NCBI RefSeq assembly: GCF_964355755.1
Contig: NC_092673.1
Coordinates: 5,704,001 to 5,768,000 of the forward strand
Reading direction: 5' to 3'
Source of the DNA: Antedon mediterranea
Lineage: Eukaryota; Animalia; Echinodermata
DNA length: 64,000 bases
Shown piece by piece: positions 49,401-60,940 of this stretch. The stretch's first letter is position 1. Every line of letters begins with the position of its first letter. The translations under genes were made by a program, and so were the position numbers. Under the pieces are notes generated by a model. That model was given only the letters and a program-made list of their open reading frames with translations, made no database searches and was not told where the DNA came from.

Positions 49401-51276
49401 CTAGTATTTTAAAGTTATGTAATAGAATGAAAGTTATTGATTAGAAATGCTATATTTTAATGTTCTGAATTTACCAATCCTGGCTTCATTATGTTATAAA
49501 ACCATATTCATATACATAATATTATTCTTATTGTTTTACATTAGAGCATCCTTGGAAGTTTCTACTTATTGGCTTAGGAGGTGGAGGTCTACCAGTAGTC
49601 TTACATTCAATGTTTCCAACAGTAAGTATTAAGATTTATTAGTCATCAAAAACTACCAATAACTAAACCCTGGGGCCCCAGAGCAACTACCCAGCATTGG
49701 AGGGCCCCTAGTGAGTGCTAAACCAGGGTGTTTCCCCCTGCATTACGCTACTGGACAAGACTATACTGTAGTAGCACTAGTAGGGCCCAGTATTGAAATC
49801 TAAACCTGATTATGAGATTACTGTATATATTACAGACAAAATAAAATTCTTAAACGTGGTTATTTTTACTTAACATAGTTTGAGGGCTATATTCAGGTTC
49901 AGACTGGAACCACTTTAATACTATGAAATGCGTTATTTCTCATGTGTAGATTGAGTTAGATGTCGTAGAATTAGACCCAGCAATTATCAAAATTGCTCAA
50001 GATAGATTTGGTGTGGTACCTGATCAAAGACTGCAGTTATTGGAAGGAGATGGTATTAGATTTATAGTGGATAACTCACAAACAAGTAAGTACATTATAA
50101 ATAAAAAAGTTAGTAAAGAAAATGAAATATTGTAAAAAAAAACATTTTTTATTGTAACATTGAATGTATATTTAGATCTATTTGTTCCTATAATGCAAAG
50201 TAGTAGTAATAATATTGATTTAAAATATTTTAAATAAAAAATGATTTGTACATTTATTGTAATTATAAACAGCAAACAGCAGACAAAAAAAAGTACTCGA
50301 TATATACTGTAATTGAAATCCTCTCAATAGTAACTCCAAGGCAGCAAGAAACCAGATAAAGTTGATGTATTTGAGACAGTATTTAATTGTACAACTTGCT
50401 CAGAGGATATATTGGGTTTTTTAAAATCTTCAGTACAAACTTTCTGTTCCTGAAGAAAAAGATTCTAATTAAATTTCTAATTGAATTGTACTATTTCTCA
50501 GATAATAATGTGTATGATGTCATCTGTTTTGATGTAAATGCAAGTGAGGGTTCAATATGGCCACCTAAAGAATTTCTACAAAAGACATTTCTACTGAAAG
50601 TTCAAACTCTCTTAAAACAGAAAGGCAAGTATTTGTTATTCTTTATTACCACCTATAATTGTTCAATTCAATTGTCCAAATTTGTATAGCATCAACAACT
50701 GTAGATGCTATACAGTTTATGATAGTCAAGTTTTGTTGACAGTGAGATAATGGGAACATCAAAAGGGCTTGACTGCTAGACTGAAGTGTTTGCATCAAAA
50801 ACATTTACCACCAGGCGATTTCTGAGAAAACTTCCTAGTAAATTGTTTGTGTATTATTTTGATTGAAAACCTCAGATTAATGTGGACAGATCTATATATA
50901 AGATATAAGAGGTTGGCAAGTGAAGTGGGCCACTTGATCTGAATTAAATAAAATTGTATTATGAAATAATAATTTGTCGTTGTTTTCTTTATTTCAAGGT
51001 CTGTTTGCATTAAATTTTGGCTGTCGAGAAGATAATTTAAAAGCATCATCATTAGCCACAATCAAGGAGGTCTTCCCAGCAATGATCATTAAACCTATTG
51101 AAGGAGAAGTGAACTGTGTTGTGTGTGCATCAAGTAACATAGACCAACAAGTATGGCAAGAAAAACAAAGTGAAAACTTACCACCAACCATTGAACTACT
51201 TCAGAATAAAGTTAAACAATTGAGCAGCGAAGAGTTTGATATTGCAGAAATGTTCTCAGAAATGCAAATACAATGA
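40425..51276 (+). CDS. METTL13: eEF1A lysine and N-terminal methyltransferase (two SAM-MTase domains), 13 exons
   Basis: Exons 40425-40516 ([21 protein letters not shown]), 41130-41358 ([22 protein letters not shown]), 41937-42145 (VIDKGTLDA), 42548-42668, 43728-43858, 44378-44521 (FIVPQGR), 44698-44884 (EWLFS), 47156-47333 (VPFLSIG), 48142-48270, 49545-49621 (IGLGGG.LP), 49950-50085 (VVELDP), 50502-50624 (GC donor), 50999-51276. Phases are consistent. Confidence 0.94.
40550..41030. repeat. Degenerate (CATT/CACT)n microsatellite in METTL13 intron 1
   Basis: Runs of TCAT/TCAC/CCAT tetramers. Confidence 0.75.
41405..41635 (+). mobile_element. Decayed tRNA-derived SINE
   Basis: GCTCAGCG head and a TGTGTCCTAGGCA..CTCTCTCCACCCAGGTGTA..TGGG body typical of metazoan SINE cores. 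Confidence 0.5.
42690..43060. repeat. Degenerate tandem repeat, about 3 units of 120-135 bp
   Basis: Recurrent TTTACAAC.TACAATTGAATT.AGACATG..TCTATAA..TGACTA..TCAATATTTGTTTTAT. Confidence 0.65.
43160..43599. mobile_element. Kolobok-type MITE (family C-like ends)
   Basis: TTAAAGATATTGTCC ... GGGACAATACATCTTTAA. Confidence 0.65.
44531..44656. mobile_element. MITE family A, partial copy in METTL13 intron 6
   Basis: Internal part plus right TIR, starting about 10 bp after the donor. Confidence 0.78.
45110..45927. mobile_element. Tc1/mariner (pogo/Tigger-like) non-autonomous element
   Basis: TA|CCGTATATTTCGGTGTATAAGTCGCAC ... GTGCGACTTATACACCGAAATATACGG|TA: perfect TIRs and a TA TSD. Confidence 0.88.
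45941..47058. repeat. 94-bp tandem repeat, about 12 near-identical units, in METTL13 intron 7
   Basis: Unit AATAGACACACTGCAGTCATACAGAACAATGTTATGATCAGTATTAATGTACTTGTCTACAACATGTAGATGATCCCTTATTATGCTACATTGC, starting at 45941, 46036, 46130, 46224 ... 46976. Confidence 0.97.
48405..49404 (+). mobile_element. Complete non-autonomous Helitron (1.0 kb) in METTL13 intron 9
   Basis: Starts A|TCTATATATAAA. 3' hairpin GATGGTACGC-GA-GCGTACTATC overlaps the terminal CTAG|T. No TSD. A second copy starts at 61679. Confidence 0.8.
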
Positions 51277-51351
51277 ATCGTTGATACTGTAGCATTAACA
51301 TTGGGTAAATGTGCATAGGAAGCACCAACACCTGGTAATATTAAAAGTTAA

Positions 51352-51891
51352 AGACCCATTCCCTACATTTATTTAGATCTATAGTTTAAGATCACAAACT
51401 ACATTAATGCAAAAATAAATACTATGTGGTCCTATTAAGAAAACTTTTTTCGTCTTTAAATGTTTAAAAATGTGAAAAATAAGGCGACTTTAATCATTTT
51501 AGCGGCCCGCTATAAATCCCAACATGCATTGCACGCGGATTGATATTTTTGTTTTTCTTCTGTAAATCTCCCACTTTTCGATCGAGGCCAAAACAAATAG
51601 AAGACTCCTAACTTTTCAGCTAAAATACTGGGTTTCCCCCAATTTGTATCAATGGAGTCTGTCAAAAACAGAAAGATAATGAATGCAGCAACTATACAAC
51701 GTCAGGCTAGGCCTTGGGCTAACGTACCATGTTTGCACCGCGAGCTACTTAGGTAGTGCATTGTTTCTCTCTTTTTATAATTTACCATAAAACGCAAATT
51801 TAAGGCAAGGAATGACCTGGTTTAATGTTTTTAAAGTAATATATATATGTATTATTTTTACAAAACGTCACAAATTGTAGGGAATGGGTCT
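51352..51891. mobile_element. Kolobok-type MITE family B copy just after the METTL13 stop codon
   Basis: TTAA|AGACCCATTCCCTAC ... GTAGGGAATGGGTCT|TTAA. Inverted homolog of 14848-15473. Confidence 0.82.
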
Positions 51892-52502
51892 TTAACTTAT
51901 GAGGATAAAAATGGAGAAGGAGCAGGCAACTTGTATATGATTTTGGAAAGAAACAGTTTTATATATTTATTTCCTTTAAATTAACTGAAATTTTTAAAAA
52001 CAATCTTTTTCTCTCCAATAAAAAACAAAATAGTATAATTAGTATAAGATGTATACAAAAATCTTGCTTTTTGTCAATAATATTTAAAAAATGCTAATGT
52101 ACAATATACAAATTTCATGTATTATTAACATTGAGTGGATAGAGTTCAAGAATTGCATTGTGGGCTATGACATAATTAACCTACAAATTGATTGCAAAGT
52201 TATGATTCTTTATTTTAACCAGGATGTGTTTGTTTTTCAAGATATGGAAACAAACATTAATATTCTATGGTACTTCTAGAAGGTCAACTTAAAGGCAATC
52301 ATAACTAAAAAAAAATGAGAGGAATTATCTAATACGGCATCAATCGGTTATGTCAGTTTGAAAAAAATACCGTAAATATGCACCACATCCTCAATTTAAA
52401 TCTTCTCTGCATCCAAAACTACCCTTGTAAAACAAAGTTAAATAAATAATAAATAAAACAAAACATTTATATCTTTCTTTGATGTCCTTATATGCAAAAT
52501 GT

Positions 52503-52562
52503 AAGACACAATATCATGTTCAGTCTGAGTCTAAACTAAAGAAAGGTGTAAATGAAACAAAA
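52503..52562 (+). pseudogene. Isolated third fragment of the METTL13 exon 8 3' end and donor
   Basis: AAGACACAATATCATGTTCAGTCTGAGTCTAAACTAAAGAAAGGT matches 47291-47335. Confidence 0.75.
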
Positions 52563-53075
52563 AATATATGCAAACCAAATTGTACATCTAAACTAAGATA
52601 AGCATACATTTATTAAAACTAATGTCTTTTACACTGAATACAACACAATTAACACAATTATAAAAATATAAACTGGAATTATACCAGGACTAGAATAGAT
52701 TGGCCCAAATAATCATAAAAAAGCAAATTTAGCAGGAAGTTTAATACCCAAGAAATAATTTATAAATATTACAGACATTGAAAGGGCAATTTAGGAGATA
52801 AACAAAAACAAATATTTACATTATTGATAACCAAGATATTTTGAGGCCTAGTGCATTGTCCATAAAACAAGTATGTGTGTCCAGATGTTGTAAGCTTAGA
52901 TAAGAAGAAATTGTAGAAAAATAAGAAAGAAGAAATGAGATTTAAAAAGAGATAAAACTTTTATCCAAGGACCATTATGTAATTAACACAAAAACCATTG
53001 ATTGTAGATTGCACTACAGAATATTAAAAATATTGTTATGATCTATCTCATCTACAACGTGCTGATGATCCCTTA

Positions 53076-56000
53076 TAGTCCAGTCAATCTAGTGATATTT
53101 AGAGGTAAACCCACCACAAATTGCAATAGTAACGAAACATTGATTTTTTCATTCCAAATGTAGTTTAGAATGACATATTAAAAGTCACCGAAAATTGAAG
53201 CATTGGAACACATTATTTTTTACGTAATCTCAACAACTATATAGTGATTTTATTCCGTCAATATTTTTGGGGTAGGGGTAACATTTATGCCCATAACTTG
53301 TGGGTTTATAATCCAATCTCAATAATCTTGATATCAATGTGTAGAATATATATTTCTTTCTAAAATGCAATTTAAAAAAACAAAATACAACACTTATTTA
53401 TATAACTAGAGGTCAAAGGGTTATTGACCTTTTACAAAAAATCATTTTTTCCTTAAAAAAATGATTAACTGCAATATCGTATGCCATAATTGTGGATGCA
53501 TTTTAATCAAAATTGTGTTTTTTCTGTACCTATCAATATATAAAATAGGAAACATGATGTTAACTAGAAGAATTTTAAAAGTAATGATGTACTATTCTTA
53601 TTGAAATTGATTCTTGATCAAATGTAATGTAAACAATTTTGGGGTAGGGGGTAGCGTTTATGCCTATAATCTATTATTTTATAATCATATCTAAATAGCT
53701 TTAGTACCAATGTGTAGAGTATATATATCCTACTAATATACATTAAAAAAACAATTAATACAACAGTTATACGTAACTAGAGGTCAAAAGGTTATTGACC
53801 TTTTACAAAAACTCAAATTTTTCCTAACAAAATTATTAACATGCAATGTCTTATTCCATAATTGTCGATGCATTTGATGTAACTTGTGTTTTTTCTGTAC
53901 CTATCGTCATATGAATTAGGAAAAATGATGTTAAGTATTTTGAATTAATTATGCACTTATAATAAATAAATAAATAATAATAACAATAATAAAAATAATC
54001 CTATAATAATGATAAATTGTTATCAACAACAGGTAGTGTAGTAGTAGGTAACATTATTTTATGCCTGCCAATAACATCTAAATAACTACAAATGTGTATA
54101 ATATGTATTGCTTACTCTAAAAACTAATTGATACAACAGTTTTTATGTAACTATAGAGGTCATTGACCTTTTACGTAAAACTAAATTATGGTTATATATA
54201 TTTTATTTATATTTTGGTAGTATTTGGTGCAAATAATGTTTTTCCTGTACCTATTGCATCATCATGAAATAGGAAAAATAATGCTAGCTAGAAGAATGAT
54301 GACTGTCGCAGAGAACAGGACAATAGTCATCTTGTCAAATTTGCTGACGACACTGTCTTGCTGTCTCTCCTTCAAAATTCACAGGACGGTCATGTTCCGC
54401 ATTAGATTGTTTTATCCAATTTTGTGGAAACTAGTCTACTTGGAACCCAATGTGACCAAAACCAAGGACATGATTGTAGATTTTAGGAAGGAGAAAGGAC
54501 GCAGCCCTCTGGTATCCATCATAAATGACGAACCAGCGATATTGTTCATTCCTTTAAATACCTAGGTACTATATTTGAGGACAAGCTCAGCTGGGAATTA
54601 AATACAGAGGCATGAATAGTAAAGAAAGGACACCAGAGACTTTATCTGTTTAAGGAAGCTGAACCATTTTAATGTCGATAGATAAAGTAATTCTCAGGTT
54701 TTTTTTATAATTCCTTTATTAAGAACGTTTTAACTTTTTTCCTTTATATGCTGGTTTTTTAGTCTTAGGGTCAAAGAGAGAAACTCACTACAAAGAATTG
54801 TTAACTTAAGTTCTAAATTAATAGGTTGTCAACTTTGTAGCTTATCTTCCTTCTGTGACATGCAAACTCTAGAAAAAAGTAGAGCTATTCTAAAAAATGT
54901 TAACCATGCCTTGTTCAGTGATTTCGAGCTTATGCCTCATGGGTGTCGCTTTCGATGCATGTAGAACAAACCGGAAAAGATATTCGTTTTTGCCAGTTGC
55001 CATCCGACTCTTCTCGAACTTTGACTCTTGTTATATTGTACTGTGTATTGTGATATTTTTGTATATTTTGTAGGATCATTTTAATCCAGACCTTTTTATT
55101 TGAATTGCTCCGTGTGGGATGATATTGTTTAATCCTTCAAATAGAAAAGGACTCACAACTTATATGTCATCAGTATCACTTTCTTGTTCGGGTATTAGTA
55201 CAGTGAAATGCCATTGCATTCACCACATGTAGTTCTAGCTAGTTACCCCTGAATGCTTCAAGGAGATACTCAGGTGCTGGCTTTAAGTCTGTGTGTAGAG
55301 AAACCATGTTTCCATCATCTGATCTTCCATCCCCAATCCTCAGTACACATATCAACCCCACTCCATTGCTAAAAGATAACTTGAACTTGAACATGATGTT
55401 AAGTACCTTGGTTGTGGTACGATTATGAAGTTGGCGATATGCGAGGTTGTACTTGTAGATGGGATGGAGTCAAAGGCATTCCACGTTTTCCAGGTCGTCC
55501 ATTGTACAGACACACTAAATCATTTTCTCTAGCAATCACAATGTCATCCTTTGTAGCTTGTTTGCATCTGAAGACTACAGCATAATGTAAGAAATAAGTG
55601 CAATGACAAGCTTTTTTTAGAGCCAATTCTGAAAACTCTGGATGTTGTGTCACCAGTATCGCATGAGCAAACAGAAGGTTATCACAGATGTCTCTCAAAA
55701 GTACTGTTTGAACCAGTTTGATAGTCCAGCATCTCAGTTCCAGTCTAAAGAATATCACAAGATGTTTTAAATGCTTGACTGCAGAGGAGCACTAGTAGAT
55801 CCGTGTCATCGGATAATGACAGATGTTTTCCTGTTTGCTGATTCAATGGTTTTTTGTACTATCCGAAAGAACATCTGCATCAGCAGTTGCATTCACTCAT
55901 TGCCATGTTGTTCAAATACTAGTTACGAAGATTTATAAATTGTTGTTTGTTACAGAAAGTGATCTAATTTTGTGGAACATGTCACTGGTAAAATGTACAG

Positions 56001-57365
56001 GGACACTACCACCTGACACGCCTTACCATGTGCGCCGTCTTTGGTGTATGAGCTGCTTTCATAATCATCAAAGACTATGATGGCAGAGCAATATTTTTTA
56101 CAGATCTCTACACTATTCCATGGAATGCTGTGCAGTAGAGCACTACCATCTAGAATGTAGGCCTACTGGACATCATTCAGTGATTTGGATGTGTTAGACT
56201 ATTCAGAAGAAGTTGTTTCCGCATAGCATCATGTTGGTTTATTAGCTGAAAGTATTGTAAGTTGGTAGTTTCAAAAAGTGCTGGTGGATAACAAAGTTCA
56301 TGTTCATGTTGTCACCTTGAGTCTCCTCTGGAACTGTAGGATCAATGCACACATATTTGCCTGTATGTACATATGACTTGATTACCAGGATCTTGAATAC
56401 ATTGCAAGACTTTCTGGCCAAAATATTCAATGCTTAATACCACATTGCTTATATTCCGAATCACCTGCAGTAACTCCCGTATCAATGGTATGAAGTCTCT
56501 GAGTCGTAACCAAATGTATTTTTCAATTGCCATTGTGTCCCTGACGTGTGGCCATAAGGTCTTATGTTGGCCGCTGCTGGAGTAACGCCCTGATACTATT
56601 GCAAGGCATTACATACATTTCAGCGCAGATTTGGTCTGGATGTACTCATTCCTATATCTCTTGCCAAACCTCTGGTTTTCTTTGAGGCTTCTCATAGAAA
56701 CCCTTTCAATCCAGTCCAGATGGTCCGAACGTCATACAACATGGAGGTCATTGTCAAACTGCTGTTGAACATCTTTGTATTTCTACTGGTTAAAAAATCG
56801 TTAAAATACTTATACAGTACATCCCAATATAAATACTGTAACCATGGCAACACAAATGCCATCTGGAAAAAATGGAATGTAGATCATCCAGAAGCAACAG
56901 GAACGGAGATGTCACTCATCTGCATCTTGAGCTGGTCATTAGTGTATCGCTTTGGACTGAAATGTTCACCCCAGGGTATCCCTGTGTGTATACCATTGTT
57001 GATTACAGCTAAAACAACATTTTTTTGCCAAAATTGACACATTATGTTGTGTTTTTCCGCAAAAATGACATTCTAAATAACATCTTATGACTATAAGTTT
57101 GATATCACTGAATAGGAAATTTAAGAAGCTTTCGGATGACATAAATCAAACTTGTATATAATGTATTCAAATGGTTAAATATATGTATAATGGGGCATAT
57201 TAATTTTGAATTAAAATGACCTTTATTGACCTCTGACCCTTGACCCAATGCTTGGATTTTCGGTGACTTTTAGTATGTTGCTCTACACTTTATATGGAAT
57301 TCAAAAATACTTGCTTTGTTACTATTGCAATTTGTGGTGGGTATATCATTAGATTGACTGGAATA
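53076..57365 (-). mobile_element. Decayed Academ-like DNA transposon (4.3 kb, ~130-bp imperfect TIRs) with XPG/PIN-type transposase remnants
   Basis: Left TIR TAGTCCAGTCAATCTAGTGATAT..CCCACCACAAATTGCAATAGTAAC..AAAAGTCACCGAAAAT..AAGCATTGG is mirrored at 57245-57365. TTA flanks both sides. Minus-strand frameshifted motifs in about 55200-57000: YILDGSALLHSIPW, ADAD, DDTDLLVLL, LLFAHAI-G.DTTS, EDWGW, TDLKPAPEYLL, Cys-rich tail. Confidence 0.72.
54299..55030 (+). mobile_element. 3' fragment of a Rex1/L2-type LINE nested in the Academ-like element
   Basis: Frameshifted HLVKFADDTVL, KTKDMIVDFRK, YLGTIFEDKLSW, KGHQRLY, RKLNHF and RYSFLPVAIRL. Confidence 0.75.
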
Positions 57366-60300
57366 TTATGCTACATTGCAATAGACACACTGCAGTCATG
57401 CAGAATGTGATTATTATTATTAATAGCAATCCTCAGTGGTAAAGTAGTTGGTAAAGAAGCAGTTTAAAAAACAAAAGTTTTATTTTATTAGGTACCATTT
57501 TTGTCTATTGGTGATGCTATTGGGACAAGGACGATTGTTAAATGCGATACTAGTCAATTGAGTGGAGATTTTATCATTGAGAATGTTGAAACACAGGGAG
57601 TCACAACAACATGTTCAGTCCGAGTAAAGAAAGGTATAAAAGAAACAAAAAGTGTTCTTGCAACAAACATACAAACATTCGAAAGCAAGCACCTGAAGAT
57701 TGAGGTATTCCTCATTATACAGCCTGTAGTGCATTCAAATGTGTCTATTTATCTTAAATATCTATTTTGCTCTTTGTTGCATCAAGCATATTTGCCTACG
57801 TGACATATAATCTTGTTTGTAGGTTGTAAACTTGTACTATAATTATGATTACCATTATCTTGATTATAGCTTTCCTCCTCATAAACTAAAAAATACTCTA
57901 AAGTCTAAAGTATGCTTACATAAGTTGTTATAGGACAGAAAGTTCTAGAAGACAAACTACGAACAGGTACTAAATAAAATGTTTACATTATTAGCAAAAA
58001 AGATAAACAATCTAATGTCAATAACAATAAATCAATAATCTTTCTTTTTGCAATTCGTATAGAAAAACATAAAAGGAAAAAATAGCCCGATAAAAGGTTA
58101 CAGCAAATGACAAAAGTTATAAATGTCTGTTGTGTATCTATATAACAAACATGCGTCATGATGTAGGCGTAGGCATATGAAGGCATATGAACATATTTAG
58201 GAAAGTTAATGAAAGAAAAGACAAATATATGTGTGTATTACTGTATTACATAGCCTATGTAGGCCTACAATAACATGATTGGTAAAAATGGCACCATGTG
58301 ACTAGGTTAGTTGCGTAACGACTATGAGCGCTAACTGGCTAAACCCAGGGGCCCATGAGCAATTCCCTAAAGAAAAAACAGGCAATAAAATACTTCAAGC
58401 TAAAAACGCCCGAGGTCTCCAGTGTTGGAGTGCCACCAGGGGCCTCGTCTCTGCGTTATGCCACTGGACTAGCTCTACATGAATCAAAAACGTTAAAATT
58501 CCTTATAGGGAAGATATAACAATTACTGTAACTGTCTTTTTATGTTCATAAATTTTTCAGACATGCAATGAGGACAGGGATGCAGAAAAAAAGGGCACTT
58601 GAACCAAGGACATAAATTTTTTTTTTTTTTTATTAGGCAGGGGTGCAGCGTGCATTCACATTCTTTACGTAGGTATTTATAATTTTTAACATGGGTTTGT
58701 ACGTGATAAATATGACACACACAACCCGTTTGGTGTATTTTAGGCCACCACAGGTATAGGAAAATGTTGAGAATATGAACCCCTATTTGTTCTGAAATTG
58801 CACTCTCGAACTCAAAAATCTAGGTATGGTTACTTTGTTCAGAAAAATGTAGGTTTGTGTTATTTATATTATCTATGGATGGAGAAGAACTGACTGTAAA
58901 GATGGATTTGGGCTCAATGAAAAATAGCGTCGATCATTCACCAATACATAAACAATTCAACGCAGCCCAGGGTTTCTTCTTATTTAATATAGACCCCAAC
59001 TTCTCAATATTACGTTATATAGGGCGTAGGCTGGTTGCTGTCTGTGGGTGCGAAAATTGTAAATGTGGGATGATCTGTAAGAAAATGTTGAAAAATACAG
59101 TTGCTAGGTCCCGGAAATTGGGCTTATAAATTGATATATGAAATTGGACTTATTATACTTCGATGATATGAAACAAAATATATAAGTCTCCAAGACCAGC
59201 CCTTCTATCATGGTTGGGGCTGAGCTGAGAAAATTTAGAAAAATAGAGATGCTATTATGAAATTAAAAGTCTAAAGGAACAGCCCACCATGGTTGGGGTG
59301 GAACTAAGACAATTTTGAAATATAGAGTTGCTAGGTCCCAGAAATTGGACTTACTATACTTTGAAATATATAACAAAATATATGAGTCTCCAGAACCCGC
59401 CCTACCATGGTTAGGGATGAAAAAGAAAATTTGTAAAACAAGAGCTGCAGGTCTTCATAAATTGCACTTATAACTTGCCAGGCTTAGAGGACCTTTTTGC
59501 CTTTTAACAGAGCCCGTCTAACACGTAATACAGAAGTTTTTGTGAACAGAGACCATCTGCAGTGTTTCGAGGTTGCTGTTTTTGTAAGACCCTGTTGGCT
59601 AATATAACGGTTCAGACTGGAGCCACTTTAATACTATGAAATGTGATATTTCTCATGTGTAGATTGAACTAGAGAATTATCAAAATTGCTCAACATAGAT
59701 TTGGTATGGTACCTGATAAAAGACTGCAATTATTGGAAGGAGATGGTGTTAAATTTATAGAGGATAACTCAAAACAGGCAAGTGCATTATAAAAGTAAAA
59801 ACTTTAGTAAAGCATGTTATAAAGAAAATGAAATATCAATTAAAAACAAGAAAATATTTAAAACATTTTTTTATTGTAGTTTTGAATGCATATTTAGAGC
59901 AATTCTTGTATTTAATGTATTTGTATAAAAAAATGTATATAATAGTAAGTGCTGGGTATAAAATTGATAAATAGTAACTGTAGGCAGCCATAAACTAGAT
60001 AAAGCAGATTTAATGCAGTATTAAATTAATACACAACTTGCATTTAATCTTAAACATAGGATATTATATTGGTTTTCTATGAAATTAGTCCTTCTCTGAA
60101 GCTCCATCCAGTACTAACTTTCTCTCCTCTAGAAACAGATTTAACTACAGTACTTGACTTTTACAGATAATGTGTATGATGTCATCTGTTTTGATGTAAA
60201 TGCAAGTGAGGGTTCAATCGGGGGTTCAATCTGGCCACCTAAAGAATTTCTACAAACATCATTTCTACTAAAAGTTCAATCTCTTTTAAAACAGAAAGGT

Positions 60301-60940
60301 AAGTATTTGTTACTTCTTATGACCTGACCATCAATACAATTTTCAAAATTTGTATAGCATTTATAGTTGTTGATAAATAGTAAAGTCACAATTCACAGTT
60401 TATAATATTCAGGTTTTGTTGACAGTGAGATAATGAGAACATTATAAGAGCTTGACTGACAAAAGCATTTACCTTTACATCTATGGAAGGCAATTGCTGA
60501 TAAAACTTCCTAGTACATTGTTTGTATATTATTTTGATTAAAAACCTCAGATTATTATTAATGCATATGCAAGAGGTTGGGAAGTGAAGTGGGCCACTTG
60601 GTCTGAATTAAATAAAAATGTATTATTATGAAATAATTTATCCGGTTTTCTTTATTCCCAAGGTCTGTTTGCATTAAATTTTGGCTGTCGAGAGGATAAT
60701 CTAAAAGCATCATCATTAGCTACAATCAAAGAGGTCTTCCCAGCAATGATCATTAAACCTATTGAAGGAGAAGTGAACTGTGTTGTGTGTGCATCAAGTA
60801 ACATAGACCAACAAGTATGGCAGGAAAAACAAAGTGAAAACTTACCACCAACCATTGAACTACTTCAGAATAAAGTTAAAAAATTGAGCAGCGAAGAGTT
60901 TGATATTGCAGAAATGTTCTCAGAAATGCAAATACAATGA
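57366..60940 (+). pseudogene. METTL13: Partial tandem duplicate of the METTL13 3' half (exons 8', 11', 12', 13'); exons 12' and 13' are intact
   Basis: Exon 8' 57492-57633 has 29- and 7-nt deletions. Exons 9 and 10 were not found. Exon 11' 59663-59777 has a 20-nt deletion and an early TAG. Exon 12' 60167-60298 is in frame with AG/GT sites. Exon 13' 60663-60940 has the same length and stop as 50999-51276. Confidence 0.85.

Noticed and set aside
59080-59470. CAGCCC..CCATGGTTGGGG repeats (also at about 22980-23000)
   Set aside because: They look like subterminal repeats of an unidentified dispersed element, and I could not define its ends.
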